Below, piece after piece: positions 45,031-55,745 of a stretch of DNA of 59,628 nucleotides (its first letter is position 1; the number at the start of each line of letters is the position of its first letter). Where the stretch lies: positions 1 to 59,628 of the forward strand of contig WFZW01000189.1 in NCBI GenBank assembly GCA_015489365.1, given 5' to 3'. The position numbers were made by a program, and so were the translations under genes. The notes below the pieces were generated by a model. The model was given only the letters and a program-made list of their open reading frames with translations, searched no databases and had not been told where the DNA came from. This stretch comes from Deltaproteobacteria bacterium. Lineage in GTDB: Bacteria > Desulfobacterota > Dissulfuribacteria > Dissulfuribacterales > QOAL01.

Positions 45031-45573
45031 ATGGGACGATCGAGGTTGATCCTCGTACTTTTAAAGGCCAGCCGGCTTATAGACCAGATCAATGAAGGGA
45101 TAGGAAAGGCCATATCGTGGCTCACCCTGCTTATGGTAGTAGTGGTAAGTATCGATGTCTTGCTTCGCTATATATTCAGCATAAGCTATCTTGCCCTCCA
45201 GGAATTCGAATGGCACGCCTTTTCACTGGTCTTCCTCCTGGGGGCAGGTTTTACCCTAAGACACAATGATCATGTCAGGGTAGACATATTCTACCAAAGG
45301 CTTGGCAAGCGTGGAAAGGCAATTGTCAATCTGGTAGGCTGCCTGGTCTTCCTGTTTCCAGGATGCTATCTGATAATAAGGACATCCTTTCCCTTCATAT
45401 ACTCTTCCTGGTCTATGCATGAGGGTTCCCCGGAACCCGGCGGATTACCCCTTCGCTATCTACTGAAGACGGCGATTCCCATTGGGTACATGCTCGTGGG
45501 CATGCAGGGTATTTCAATGTTCATCAAGAACCTTTTCATCTTACTGGGTATTAAAACGGATCGGGAGGACTAA
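45031..45573 (+). CDS. TRAP transporter small permease (DctQ family)
   Basis: 180 aa with 4 predicted TM helices and an AGGAGGGGG SD. It lies immediately upstream of the DctM-type gene. Confidence 0.85.
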   Translation: MGRSRLILVLLKASRLIDQINEGIGKAISWLTLLMVVVVSIDVLLRYIFSISYLALQEFEWHAFSLVFLLGAGFTLRHNDHVRVDIFYQRLGKRGKAIVNLVGCLVFLFPGCYLIIRTSFPFIYSSWSMHEGSPEPGGLPLRYLLKTAIPIGYMLVGMQGISMFIKNLFILLGIKTDRED

Positions 45574-45575
45574 GG

Positions 45576-46892
45576 ATGTACTATCTACCTGCCTGGATGT
45601 TTCTTGTGCTCACGATCCTGTTACTCTTCGGGTTTCCAGTGGCCTTTACCCTTCTTGGAACGGCACTCTTCTTTGGCCTTGTGGGGTTTGGATGGAATTT
45701 TTTCAATCTATTACCCCTGAGGATCTGGGGAATCATGAGCAATTTTACCCTGGTAGCCGTACCCCTGTTCATATTTATGGGGGTCATGCTGGAAAGATCA
45801 GGCCTGGCAAAGGATCTACTTGAGGCCATGGCCATAGTCTTTGGACGTATCAGGGGCGGGCTTGCCATTGCCGTAGTGGTAGTGGGAGGACTCCTGGGTG
45901 CATCTACCGGTATAGTCGGTGCAACCGTGGTCACAATGGGATTGTTAGCACTTCCCACCATGATGGAACACGGATATCAACATGAACTTTCAACAGGGAC
46001 CATCGCCGCCTCCGGTACCCTGGGGCAGATAATACCACCAAGCATCGTGCTGGTACTTCTCGGTGATATTATAGGCGTGTCGGTGGGCGATCTCTTCATG
46101 GGGGCGGTAATCCCTGGCCTTATCCTGGTCGCATTCTATGCATGTTACATCTTCTTGATAAGCAAGCTTAGGCCTAGCTTAACACCTTCCATTAGCTTTA
46201 GATCGTTACATCCGGAAATAACGTCCGGTTTTAAAATATTTCTTGCCAAGGCCATGTTCCCTCCCCTGCTGCTCATGGTATCTGTTCTGGGGTCCATATT
46301 TGCAGGCATAGCCTCTCCCACAGAGGCAGCGGGGGTGGGTGCTGCCGGGGCCACGTTGCTATGTGCGGCCAATCGCCGCTTGAACATGGAGGTGCTAAAA
46401 ACGGTCATGCTAACCACCACCCAATTGACCAGTATGGTCTTTACGATATTGGTTGGGGCAGCGGCCTTTGGACTGGTATTTAGGGGGCTTGGTGGGGATA
46501 TGGTAATAAGACAGTTTGTTGCACACATACCCTTTGGGAAATGGGTGGTATTGGCCACGGTCATGGCCGTGGTATTTGTGGCAGGGTTTTTCCTGGATTT
46601 TATAGAGATAACATTTATTCACATACCGGTACTTGCCCCCATAATGAAATCCTTTGGTTTCGATCCAGTATGGTTTGCCATACTATTCGCCATTAACCTT
46701 CAGACATCCTTCCTCACGCCTCCCTTTGGATTTGCCCTATTTTACCTGAAGGGCGTTTCCCCTCCCGGAATAACCACGCTAGAAATCTATAGAGGGATCA
46801 TACCCTTCGTGCTCCTCCAGATCCTGGCCTTGGCACTGGTAATCATCTTTCCAGAGATAGCCACCTGGCTTCCAGGGTTTCTTGCCAGATAG
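45576..46892 (+). CDS. TRAP transporter large permease (DctM family)
   Basis: 438 aa polytopic protein with a typical DctM layout. Confidence 0.9.
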   Translation: MYYLPAWMFLVLTILLLFGFPVAFTLLGTALFFGLVGFGWNFFNLLPLRIWGIMSNFTLVAVPLFIFMGVMLERSGLAKDLLEAMAIVFGRIRGGLAIAVVVVGGLLGASTGIVGATVVTMGLLALPTMMEHGYQHELSTGTIAASGTLGQIIPPSIVLVLLGDIIGVSVGDLFMGAVIPGLILVAFYACYIFLISKLRPSLTPSISFRSLHPEITSGFKIFLAKAMFPPLLLMVSVLGSIFAGIASPTEAAGVGAAGATLLCAANRRLNMEVLKTVMLTTTQLTSMVFTILVGAAAFGLVFRGLGGDMVIRQFVAHIPFGKWVVLATVMAVVFVAGFFLDFIEITFIHIPVLAPIMKSFGFDPVWFAILFAINLQTSFLTPPFGFALFYLKGVSPPGITTLEIYRGIIPFVLLQILALALVIIFPEIATWLPGFLAR

Positions 46893-46969
46893 CAGTCAGG
46901 GTAATAGGCCGGTAGCGGATAGGTCCCTCTTCAACTTTTCTTAATATAAAAGGTTAAGTTTGTAGTTTA

Positions 46970-48058
46970 TTAGCCCAACATTACGTCATAATATTGTTTT
47001 TCAGATAATTCTGACCAACCCTTCATGACCCCCTTGAAGGCCAAATAACTCCTGTGGACCTCCTTGGTCTGTGCGTCCTTTGCCGCCTCCTCTTCAAGGG
47101 TTGCAACGGATAATTTTTTGAGTCCTTCCAACACCGGCGTAGGAAAGGTTAATATCTTTACCTTGCCATCTGTTTTGAGTTTTGCCAATGCACGTGCATT
47201 TTCCGTCTCAAATTCCGAAAGCATCTGCACATTCAACTCGGCAGCCGCTGTATCTATGGCCGTCTTGAGATCCACAGGGAGACTATCATAGGCGCCCTTG
47301 TTTACTGTCAATTCCAGCGTACTTCCTGGTTCATGCCACCCTGGTCCATAATAAAATTTTGCTACTCTCTGAAAACCCATTCTTAAGTCATGGCATGGAC
47401 CTACCCACTCGGTGGCATCTATAACACCGCGTTCAAGGGAGGTATATATCTCTCCGCCTGGCAAGAGTACCACCGTGCCCCCGGCCTTTGCCAGGACCTT
47501 GCCCCCAAGGCCAGGTATTCTCATCTTGAGCCCCTTGAAATCCTTTAGGGAATCTATACGCTTATTGAACCAACCGCCCATCTGTACACCAGTGTTTCCC
47601 GCCGGCCTTGGAACCAGGTTGAAGTCCCTGTAAATCTTCTCCCACAGCTTCAAACCACCCCCGTAGTAGAGCCAGGCATTCATGCCTTGGGCATTGAAAC
47701 CAAAGGGTACGGAGGTAAACCACTGTGCAGCAGGGCATTTACCTGCCCAGTAATAAGAGGCACTGTGTCCCATTTGAGCCGAGCCTTGGCTTACCGCATC
47801 GAATACCCCAAGGGGTGGAACGAGCTCTCCACCTGCAAATACCTGTATCTGGAGTCTTCCGTTACTCAGCTGTGCAACCCTGGTGGCAAACCTTTCTGCA
47901 CCGGTCTGAAGAATGGGAAAACCTGGCGGCCATGAAGTAACCATCCGCCATCTGAACGTCTTTCCTTGGGCATAGGTATTTTTGATTGATATGTCACTTG
48001 CGAGTCCAGCAGCGAGCATGCCCGCTGCCCCCTTTTTTAGAAAGGTCCTACGATTCAT
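46970..48058 (-). CDS. TRAP transporter substrate-binding protein (DctP-type) with Tat-like signal
   Basis: MNRRTFLKKGAAGMLAAGLA is a twin-arginine-like leader, followed by a DctP-family body. AGGAGG SD upstream. Confidence 0.85.
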   Translation of the reverse strand: MNRRTFLKKGAAGMLAAGLASDISIKNTYAQGKTFRWRMVTSWPPGFPILQTGAERFATRVAQLSNGRLQIQVFAGGELVPPLGVFDAVSQGSAQMGHSASYYWAGKCPAAQWFTSVPFGFNAQGMNAWLYYGGGLKLWEKIYRDFNLVPRPAGNTGVQMGGWFNKRIDSLKDFKGLKMRIPGLGGKVLAKAGGTVVLLPGGEIYTSLERGVIDATEWVGPCHDLRMGFQRVAKFYYGPGWHEPGSTLELTVNKGAYDSLPVDLKTAIDTAAAELNVQMLSEFETENARALAKLKTDGKVKILTFPTPVLEGLKKLSVATLEEEAAKDAQTKEVHRSYLAFKGVMKGWSELSEKQYYDVMLG

Positions 48059-48287
48059 CTTGAATTTGCCTCCTGTTCACGTGGTTCATACGGAAATATA
48101 CCCTGGGCATGGATTATGTCTAGATGGCCCGGCGAGGATGATGATGGCAGGAGTTGGCATCAGGGCCGTTTTGGCCTAAAATGCCCGTGTATTTCCCACA
48201 GGGTACCCGTTAGCGTACCTGGGCACAAAATCATTCAAAGAGATCAGGCAATATCAGCCTGCCCCCATCAACAGGAGAAAAATTGTC

Positions 48288-48998
48288 ATGATATATCCAT
48301 CTGGGCGACGAAAGTCTGGGCGATTAGAAGTCATTACATTGGTAACGTTTACCGGTTTGTTGTTGTACCTTGGTATCCTTTTGCCACCAGCAGTCCATTC
48401 AGAGGGTTACTACTACATAACACCGAGCACGGAGATACCCATCAGGAGCGGAAAGACACAAAAAAATAGAATAGTTGCAATAGTCCCCGATGGTGCAAGG
48501 GTCGAACTTCTTGAGGAGGATGGACCCTGGGCATTTGTTCGTACCGGGAGTGGAAAGGAAGGATGGATGCTGCGACGCTATCTTAGTAAGTCACCGCCCC
48601 TTAGGGACATAGTGGATGGTCTGAAGAGGAAAAATAGAGATCTTATCAAGGAAACCGATACATTGCACAGTAAGTTGGCCGCCATATCCTCAGAATCCGA
48701 TGAATGTAAGAGGCAGCTAGAAACATGCATTGCCCAGGCCGATTCTACCCGTAAGAGCTATGAAGTCCTGAAAAGAGACTCGGAAAATGTTGTACAGATA
48801 AAAAAGATGCTTACAGATACTGTGAGAGAGCTTGAGACGGCCAGGCAGGAATTGGCAACATCCAAGCAGAAGATCCATGGACTTGAAAATAGCAATAACA
48901 TAAAATGGTTTGTTGCCGGCGCTGGTGTATTGCTCATTGGATGGATAATAGGCCTTATCACCGGCAGGAAAAAAAGGCGCAGAACGTCCTTATTATGA
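48288..48998 (+). CDS. SH3-domain / coiled-coil / C-terminal TM protein (YgiM/TIGR04211-like)
   Basis: N-terminal TM helix, bacterial SH3-like segment (RIVAIVPDGARVELLEEDGPWAFVRTGSGKEGWMLRRYL), a long coiled coil, then a C-terminal TM helix followed by KKRRR. Confidence 0.65.
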   Translation: MIYPSGRRKSGRLEVITLVTFTGLLLYLGILLPPAVHSEGYYYITPSTEIPIRSGKTQKNRIVAIVPDGARVELLEEDGPWAFVRTGSGKEGWMLRRYLSKSPPLRDIVDGLKRKNRDLIKETDTLHSKLAAISSESDECKRQLETCIAQADSTRKSYEVLKRDSENVVQIKKMLTDTVRELETARQELATSKQKIHGLENSNNIKWFVAGAGVLLIGWIIGLITGRKKRRRTSLL

Positions 48999-49017
48999 AG
49001 GGGAATAGAACGGAACG

Positions 49018-49218
49018 ATGTACGACAAAAAGAACCATAAATGCCCGCACTGCGGTGCCCCTGTAAATCGAAGTAATAATCCCTATCGGCCCTTTTGCTG
49101 TAAGCGCTGTAAGATGGCGGACTTGGGCGCGTGGTTACGGGAGGAGTACAGGATATCTTGTGCTACCCCCGATAATGAATCCGACAACTCCACAGACAAC
49201 GGGGTAACCTTACAATGA
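49018..49218 (+). CDS. yacG: DNA gyrase inhibitor YacG (zinc finger)
   Basis: 66 aa with CPHCGAPV...PFCCKRCKMADLGAWLREEYRI. Confidence 0.85.
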   Translation: MYDKKNHKCPHCGAPVNRSNNPYRPFCCKRCKMADLGAWLREEYRISCATPDNESDNSTDNGVTLQ

Positions 49219-50162
49219 TAGATGAAAAGGATCGGCAGGATTTTGACGTAATCATACTGGGAACAGGCCCTGGAGGGCTACAGGCTGCAATCCATGCAAG
49301 CAGGAAAAAGGTCAGCGTTCTAGTAATGGGACGTCCCGAATTGAGCAACCTTTATAAGGCCCACATAGAGAACTATTGCTGCATAGAAGGGGTAAAAACC
49401 GGCCGGGAGCTGATCGAGGCAGGTATTTCCCAGGCCTCAAGCTTCGGGGTAAGGTTTCTAAGGGAAGACGCCGTTGCCATATCGTCTGTTCCAGACGGCA
49501 TGTTCGAGATCACCGATGAGGATGGCGATCTCTATCGCTGCCGAAGCCTGATATTCGCCACAGGGGTATCCCGCAAGGGGCTAGGCCTTAAAGGGGAAAA
49601 GGAGCTTATAGGTCGTGGAATAAGTTACTGTGTGGATTGCGATGCCAATTTCTATAAAGGTGCCTCTGTGGCAGTTACAGGTGGTGGAAGTGCCGCTGCC
49701 TATGGTGCGCTTACCCTGGAGAGGCTTGCCAGGGAGGTAACCTTGATTACTGATAAGCTTGATGTGAGCCATAGGCTGGAACAAGAACTGGATGAGAGCA
49801 AGGTAGAGGTATTGAGGGGACGTGAGGTCAAGAGGCTTATTGGTGAGGACAAGTTGACAGGAATAGAGCTTGACGACGGCAGTATGCTAGAGCTCGATGG
49901 CCTTTTTATAGAACGAGGGGCAAAAGGAGCCATGGAACTTGCCGCATTTCTTGGTGTGAACCTGGATCCTGAGAAGTTTACCTTTATCCTCACCGATGAA
50001 AAACAATCCACGAACATACCGGGTATCTTTGCCGCTGGAGACATATGCGGTCCACCATTTCAAATGGCAAAGGCCGTTGGGGAGGGGTGTATAGCTGGAA
50101 TGCATGCGGCAATACATGCAAGGGCAATGAAACGTAAGGAGGGTCAGATTGATAATACTTGA
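49215..50162 (+). CDS. Thioredoxin-reductase-family FAD/NAD(P)H oxidoreductase
   Basis: FDVIILGTGPGGLQAA is the FAD motif, CVDC sits at the redox-dithiol position, and VTGGGSAAAYGA is the NAD(P)H motif. The ATGA overlaps the yacG stop. Confidence 0.75.
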   Translation: MIDEKDRQDFDVIILGTGPGGLQAAIHASRKKVSVLVMGRPELSNLYKAHIENYCCIEGVKTGRELIEAGISQASSFGVRFLREDAVAISSVPDGMFEITDEDGDLYRCRSLIFATGVSRKGLGLKGEKELIGRGISYCVDCDANFYKGASVAVTGGGSAAAYGALTLERLAREVTLITDKLDVSHRLEQELDESKVEVLRGREVKRLIGEDKLTGIELDDGSMLELDGLFIERGAKGAMELAAFLGVNLDPEKFTFILTDEKQSTNIPGIFAAGDICGPPFQMAKAVGEGCIAGMHAAIHARAMKRKEGQIDNT

Positions 50163-50787
50163 GGATTTTACAGTTGGTCCCCTGGCGGTAAGGGCCTACG
50201 TGTTTGGATGCCCTGAAAAAAAGGAGGCCATGGTCATAGATCCAGCCGGAAGCGAACAATTAATCGCCGACCGGATAGGCTCCCTGGGCCTTAGGCTCAA
50301 ATACATTGTAAATACCCACGGACATCCGGATCATACCTGTGGAAACAAGAGGATGAAGGAGATAACAGGGGCCCCTGTCCTAATGCACGAGGCGGATGAC
50401 AAGCTTTTCAGAGATCCCGAAGTAGCCAGGATGTTTCTTGCCTGGGGATTTGAACCTGCCCCTCCGGCTGATGAATACATCAAGGACGGGGATATTATAA
50501 GGATTGGCAACCTCGGCTTTGAGGTGATTCACACCCCTGGACATTCTCCAGGGTCGGTGTGCCTATATGGACATAACTACATTGCTACCGGGGATACGTT
50601 GTTCATAGATGCCATAGGCCGTACAGACCTTCCTGGTGGCTCCTATGACACCCTCATGAAATCACTTAAGGAAAGGATCTATCCCCTTCCTGATTCAACC
50701 ATTGTATTGCCCGGCCACGACTATGGTCCAAAACCTACTGCAACCCTTGGCGAGCAGAAGAAAACCAATCCCTACCTGTCATTTTGA
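50149..50787 (+). CDS. MBL-fold metallo-hydrolase (glyoxalase II-like)
   Basis: 212 aa with NTHGHPDH and HTPGHSPGS. TTG start overlapping the upstream gene. Confidence 0.85.
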   Translation: MIILEDFTVGPLAVRAYVFGCPEKKEAMVIDPAGSEQLIADRIGSLGLRLKYIVNTHGHPDHTCGNKRMKEITGAPVLMHEADDKLFRDPEVARMFLAWGFEPAPPADEYIKDGDIIRIGNLGFEVIHTPGHSPGSVCLYGHNYIATGDTLFIDAIGRTDLPGGSYDTLMKSLKERIYPLPDSTIVLPGHDYGPKPTATLGEQKKTNPYLSF

Positions 50788-53700
50788 AGCCTAGCATATC
50801 ATTTCCTCGCCAACATACAAGGCAATCTATACGTGATACGAAACATGAGGAAAGGATCGTACAAGGGGCCTCGTCTGCCATAAGGTGTTTTCCTGGTCTT
50901 ACGATCGGGGAGGTCTGGGATGAGCTGATAACCGCCATCAGACAAAATCAGGTAGTAATCGTCACGGGTGAAACCGGGTCGGGTAAAACCACCCAACTCC
51001 CAAAGATATGTTTGGCAGCGGGAAGAGGACGAAAGAGATCCATAGCATGTACCCAGCCCCGTAGGGTTGCTGCCATCACTGCTGCCTCCAGGGTCGCAGA
51101 GGAACTAGGCCCTTCCCTTTCAGGCCTTGTCGGATACCGTGTGCGCTTCAGGGATACTACCACCAGACACACCAGGATAAGGTTCATGACAGACGGCATG
51201 CTCCTTGCCGAGTTGCACCGGGATCGTCACCTGAAAGGCTACGATACGGTCATAGTGGACGAGGCCCATGAACGCAGCCTGAATATCGACTTCATCCTGG
51301 GTATCCTCCGTCGCCTCATGGCATATAGAAAGGACCTCCGAATCATCATAACCTCTGCCACCATGGATACCTCTAGCTTCATCCGGGCATTCGGCCACGT
51401 ACCGATAGTCCACGTAAAAGGACGCTCCTACCCGGTGGAAACAATATACCTGCCCCCTGGGGAGATGGATAACGATGATGAGGAAATGGAACTTCCTGTC
51501 ATGGTTGCTAGTGCGGTCAGGTGGGTTCGAAAGAAGGACAGATATGGTGACATACTGGTCTTTCTCCCAACGGAACGGGATATACAGGAGACAGTCGGTC
51601 TTCTTACGGCCCGATATCCCAGTGGAGTCACGGTACTTCCCATGTATGGCAGACTCACAGGCCAGGCACAAAGAAGGATATTTATGTCTTGTGCCAATCA
51701 AAAGATAGTCGTAGCCACCAATATCGCAGAGACATCCATTACCGTTCCAGGAATAAAATACGTGATAGATAGCGGGTTAGCCAGGATTTCCAGGTATAAT
51801 GTAAGGTCACGAACCAGATCTTTACCGGTCTCTCCCATCTCCAAGGCAAGTGCCATGCAGCGTGCAGGACGTGCAGGACGGCTTGAACCTGGAACCTGTA
51901 TTCGTCTGTATTCCGAGGATGACTACCAGGAAAGACCTGATTTCACCCAACCAGAGATATTGAGATCAAACCTTGCTGAGGTGGTATTGAGACTACTGGC
52001 CATGGGCATGGGGCCGGTTGAGGATTTTCCATTTATCGACCCCCCTTCCCCACGGCTGGTAAAGGAGGGGATGTCCACCCTGCTGGAACTGGGAGCAATA
52101 GATTCTGCCTCCAGATTGACAGACAGGGGTAGGATCATGGCCAGGCTTCCTCTTGATCCAAGGATCTCCAGGATAATCCTACAGGCACTTGACGAGGGCT
52201 GTTTCAACGAGGTTGTCATAATCGGAGCAGCACTCAGCATTCAGGATCCGAGACAGCGTCCAGCCGGCAAGAAGGCAACTGCAGATACCCTACATGAGAG
52301 GTTTCGCAAAGGCTCATCTGACTTTCTCACCTTCCTTCGTATATGGGAGGCCTTTCGATTAGAAAGACAAAGGGCACGATCAAAGAATCGACTTAGGAAA
52401 TTTTGCAGGAAAAATTACCTATCATTCAATAGGATGAAGGAATGGGAGGACATCCATGGGCAGATCGTAAACACACTGGTTGAGGCAGGACTGATCTCAT
52501 CAGCAGACAGGCCTACCTCCATGACCCCTGTGCACAAATTGGATCAAGGCCTTTCCAACAGTATACACCGTGCAATTCTTTCTGGTTTCCTGGGTAATTT
52601 ATGTATGAAAAAGGAAAGGGGGCAATATGTGGGTAGCAAGGGTAAAGAACTTCACATATTTCCAGGCTCGGTCCTTTACAACCAGGGCCCCAGATGGATA
52701 GTAGCCGCCGAGATCATAAGGACTTCGCGGACCTTTGCTAGAATAGTGGCACCTGTCGAACCTGCATGGGCTGAAGAATTCGGAGGTAGGCTTTGCAGGT
52801 ATCATTATTACGATCCCCACTGGGAAAAATCCAGGGGAGAGGCTGTAATCAAACAGCGTTGTACCCTATTTGGTCTTCCGATAGTAGAAGACAGAAAAAT
52901 TAGCCTGAAGAGGGTGGATAAGAACGAGGCAAGGCGGCTTTTCATTTCACAAGGCCTTGTACCGGGACACCTCAGGGGTAGGTTTAGGTTCATACGGCTG
53001 AACAGAGACCTCATCAGGCAGATCCAAGGTATAGAGGACAGGATCAGGAAGAGGGACATCCTGGTTGACGATTCGGTTCTCGAGGCCTTTTACGACAAGG
53101 CCGTCCAGGCCTTGGAGAAGGCCTGGGGCAGGACCATTTCAGACGAAAGGTCACTGGCACGGGCCATAAGGTCTGTAGGGAACGACCGATTACTATGTCT
53201 TCGCAAGAAGGACCTAATGAAATCCACCTGTCCAAGCCATGAGTTATCCCTTTTCCCTGGCCATCTCGAGGTTGAAGGATACGACCTTCCCTTGAGCTAC
53301 AGATTCCAGCCTGGTGATCCGGCCGATGGCGTTACTGTAACCATCCCTGTGGAAATACTCACTGCGCTTCCTGCATGGCCCTTTGAATGGCTTGTGCCTG
53401 GAATGCTTGAAGAAAAACTGGAATTCATATTAAAGAGGCTTCCAAAGGGTATAAGAAAACGTTTGATCCCCATATCCGACACGGCCAGGGAACTAGCAAG
53501 CTCTCTGAGGATGGGTGGGCTAGGATTGAAAAGCACGTTGAGGGCAAAATTGTCCGATAGGATAGGGCTGAATATACCTGCCAACCAGATGCCTGATGAA
53601 GCCGATCTTCCCGACCACCTTAGGATGAGGTTTGAAATCAAGGACCGGGCAGGACGGATACTTGCCGCTGGCAGGGACCTGGAGTCACTCAAAAGGGGAT

Positions 53701-54815
53701 GCTCCGACATGATCTCAGCAGGGGTTGCAGATACACCGGAATGGAAGGAACTAAGGCAAAGGTGGGAAAAAGATCATATTCGGCCTAATGATCTTAGAAA
53801 CCTGCCAAGGCAGATCGATTATCCCCTAAGGGGTAACATACCGAGCAGCGGCAATCCATCTGGCCACCAGGCCGACCGCCACCCAGATACCAGGATAGCC
53901 TCCATGGACAAGGGATGGAAGGGAGGCAAAGGGAGTGGTAATAAAGCGGCCTTGAAGGCATTTCCAGGTCTTGTATTGAGAAATGGGCATGTGGATATAC
54001 GTTTGTTCCATACTAAAGGTGAGGCATTGAAGGCCTCACAGGCCGGCGCAAGGGCATTGACTGCCCATGTCCTCGCAAAAGAACTCAGATACATACGCTC
54101 AAGGCTCATAGCGCGGCGTTTCCCAAGGGAAGTCGGACTCCTGCTACCCCATATAAAAGGCGGTGCCATGGGACTCGAGGAGAATACATACCTGTTTGTG
54201 TACAAGGAACTCTTGGGATCATGGGACCGTGTTCCTGACGAGGTAGAACTCATGGGGCGCATTCGTGAGCTTAGGCCGCATATGATTACAAGGGCACATG
54301 CCATGGTGGAGATCGTAGGGGCATGTGTGGATTCGGCAATTTGCACCCTAAAGGTACTGTCCACCTTGTTTGACGGCCTACCTTCCCTGAAGGTTATATC
54401 AAGGCTCAAGAAAGAGCTTATATCCGAGATATCAAGCCTCATGCCATCTGATTTCCCAGCTGGTCATCATCTGCTCTATATCGAGAACATCCCCAGGTAT
54501 CTCAAGGGACTGGAGTTGCGTGCACAAAGGGCGGTGGCAAATCCTGAGAAGGATCGCATCAAGGTTAGAAGGGCACGATATTTGTTGAATCTTCTTGAAG
54601 ATGTGAAACAATACGCTGGCACCCTTTCTCCACCCCCTAGAACGTGCAAGACACTAAATTCCATGGCCTATCAATTCGAAGACATTGCCATTACAATCAA
54701 CGAATTCAAATTATGGACCTTTGCCCCTGAGATAGGAACCCTCTATCCCATATCCCCCAAAAGGCTCGAGGCAGCCTTGAAAGAAATCAAAGACCAGCTC
54801 GGCAATCCCAAGTGA
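50784..54815 (+). CDS. hrpA: ATP-dependent RNA helicase HrpA (DEAH-box)
   Basis: 1343 aa with GETGSGKTTQLPK, DEAHERS, SATMD, TNIAETSITV and QRAGRAGR, plus a long HrpA-type C-terminal region. TTG start. Confidence 0.9.
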   Translation: MKPSISFPRQHTRQSIRDTKHEERIVQGASSAIRCFPGLTIGEVWDELITAIRQNQVVIVTGETGSGKTTQLPKICLAAGRGRKRSIACTQPRRVAAITAASRVAEELGPSLSGLVGYRVRFRDTTTRHTRIRFMTDGMLLAELHRDRHLKGYDTVIVDEAHERSLNIDFILGILRRLMAYRKDLRIIITSATMDTSSFIRAFGHVPIVHVKGRSYPVETIYLPPGEMDNDDEEMELPVMVASAVRWVRKKDRYGDILVFLPTERDIQETVGLLTARYPSGVTVLPMYGRLTGQAQRRIFMSCANQKIVVATNIAETSITVPGIKYVIDSGLARISRYNVRSRTRSLPVSPISKASAMQRAGRAGRLEPGTCIRLYSEDDYQERPDFTQPEILRSNLAEVVLRLLAMGMGPVEDFPFIDPPSPRLVKEGMSTLLELGAIDSASRLTDRGRIMARLPLDPRISRIILQALDEGCFNEVVIIGAALSIQDPRQRPAGKKATADTLHERFRKGSSDFLTFLRIWEAFRLERQRARSKNRLRKFCRKNYLSFNRMKEWEDIHGQIVNTLVEAGLISSADRPTSMTPVHKLDQGLSNSIHRAILSGFLGNLCMKKERGQYVGSKGKELHIFPGSVLYNQGPRWIVAAEIIRTSRTFARIVAPVEPAWAEEFGGRLCRYHYYDPHWEKSRGEAVIKQRCTLFGLPIVEDRKISLKRVDKNEARRLFISQGLVPGHLRGRFRFIRLNRDLIRQIQGIEDRIRKRDILVDDSVLEAFYDKAVQALEKAWGRTISDERSLARAIRSVGNDRLLCLRKKDLMKSTCPSHELSLFPGHLEVEGYDLPLSYRFQPGDPADGVTVTIPVEILTALPAWPFEWLVPGMLEEKLEFILKRLPKGIRKRLIPISDTARELASSLRMGGLGLKSTLRAKLSDRIGLNIPANQMPDEADLPDHLRMRFEIKDRAGRILAAGRDLESLKRGCSDMISAGVADTPEWKELRQRWEKDHIRPNDLRNLPRQIDYPLRGNIPSSGNPSGHQADRHPDTRIASMDKGWKGGKGSGNKAALKAFPGLVLRNGHVDIRLFHTKGEALKASQAGARALTAHVLAKELRYIRSRLIARRFPREVGLLLPHIKGGAMGLEENTYLFVYKELLGSWDRVPDEVELMGRIRELRPHMITRAHAMVEIVGACVDSAICTLKVLSTLFDGLPSLKVISRLKKELISEISSLMPSDFPAGHHLLYIENIPRYLKGLELRAQRAVANPEKDRIKVRRARYLLNLLEDVKQYAGTLSPPPRTCKTLNSMAYQFEDIAITINEFKLWTFAPEIGTLYPISPKRLEAALKEIKDQLGNPK

Positions 54816-54867
54816 TCCCATGACGATCCCAAGGTAACCGTTCATACCTGCTACATGAAGGTGGCCT

Positions 54868-54895
54868 TAAGCATTTAATCCATATCTGCCGATAA
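54868..54895 (+). promoter_or_regulatory. Candidate sigma-28 (FliA) promoter for motAB
   Basis: TAAG-N16-GCCGATAA has a perfect 8/8 match to the -10 GCCGATAA, 92 nt upstream of the motA ATG on the correct strand. The -35 and spacer are one step off consensus (TAAA-N15). A random 8-mer is expected ~1.8 times in this window on both strands, so context carries the call. Confidence 0.5.
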
Positions 54896-54986
54896 TAGGG
54901 TTGAATGCGGGCCCCCTTCCTTTCTTGTTGCGTCAAGGGGGCCACATCAGGATAAATCAAGTGGACGGCGAGGAGACCAAACCAAC

Positions 54987-55742
54987 ATGGACATAGGCAC
55001 AATTATCGGTCTCATAGGCGGCATAATCCTCATTGCCATTGCTATATTACTTGGCGGCAGTCTGAGCGCCTTTGTAGACGTACCATCTGTATTCATAGTA
55101 TTTGGTGGTGCCACTGCTGCAACCTTCATCCGCTTTACCCTGCCAGACGTCATCAACAGTATAAGCGTGGCAATGAATGCCTTCTTTGCCAAGTCGCAGC
55201 CACCTGAAGAAATCATCAAGGAGTTGGTTACCCTTTCAAACATTGCCAGGAAAGAGGGACTCCTCAAGTTGGAAAAACAGCCGGTAAGTGATTCCTTTCT
55301 CAAAAAGGCCATAATGTACTGTGTCGATGGACACGAGGCCGAGTTTATACAGGATGTACTGGATAAAGAGATAGAATTAACTGTTGAAAGACACGGGCTG
55401 GGCAAGGGAATATTCGATGCCATAGGCGATGCTGCCCCTGCCTTTGGAATGATCGGTACCCTGGTAGGCCTTGTGAACATGCTGGGCAACATGTCAGATC
55501 CGGCAAGTATTGGTCCGTCCATGGCCGTTGCCCTGCTTACCACTTTGTATGGCGCAATCATTGCAAATCTCGTCGCCCTTCCCATAGCAGACAAACTCAA
55601 ACGCAGAAGCCAGGAAGAAGAATTGAACAAAAGGCTGGTACTCGAAGGGGTTCTAGGGCTGCAAAAGGGCCTGAACCCCAGGGTACTTGAGGAATTGCTC
55701 AAGACCTTTCTGCCACCCAAGAAGCGGGGTGACCAGGAATAG
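54987..55742 (+). CDS. motA: Flagellar stator protein MotA/PomA
   Basis: 251 aa in the MotA/TolQ/ExbB family, with APAFGMIGTLVGLV and PLADKL-type C-terminal TM helices. Confidence 0.9.
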   Translation: MDIGTIIGLIGGIILIAIAILLGGSLSAFVDVPSVFIVFGGATAATFIRFTLPDVINSISVAMNAFFAKSQPPEEIIKELVTLSNIARKEGLLKLEKQPVSDSFLKKAIMYCVDGHEAEFIQDVLDKEIELTVERHGLGKGIFDAIGDAAPAFGMIGTLVGLVNMLGNMSDPASIGPSMAVALLTTLYGAIIANLVALPIADKLKRRSQEEELNKRLVLEGVLGLQKGLNPRVLEELLKTFLPPKKRGDQE

Positions 55743-55745
55743 ACA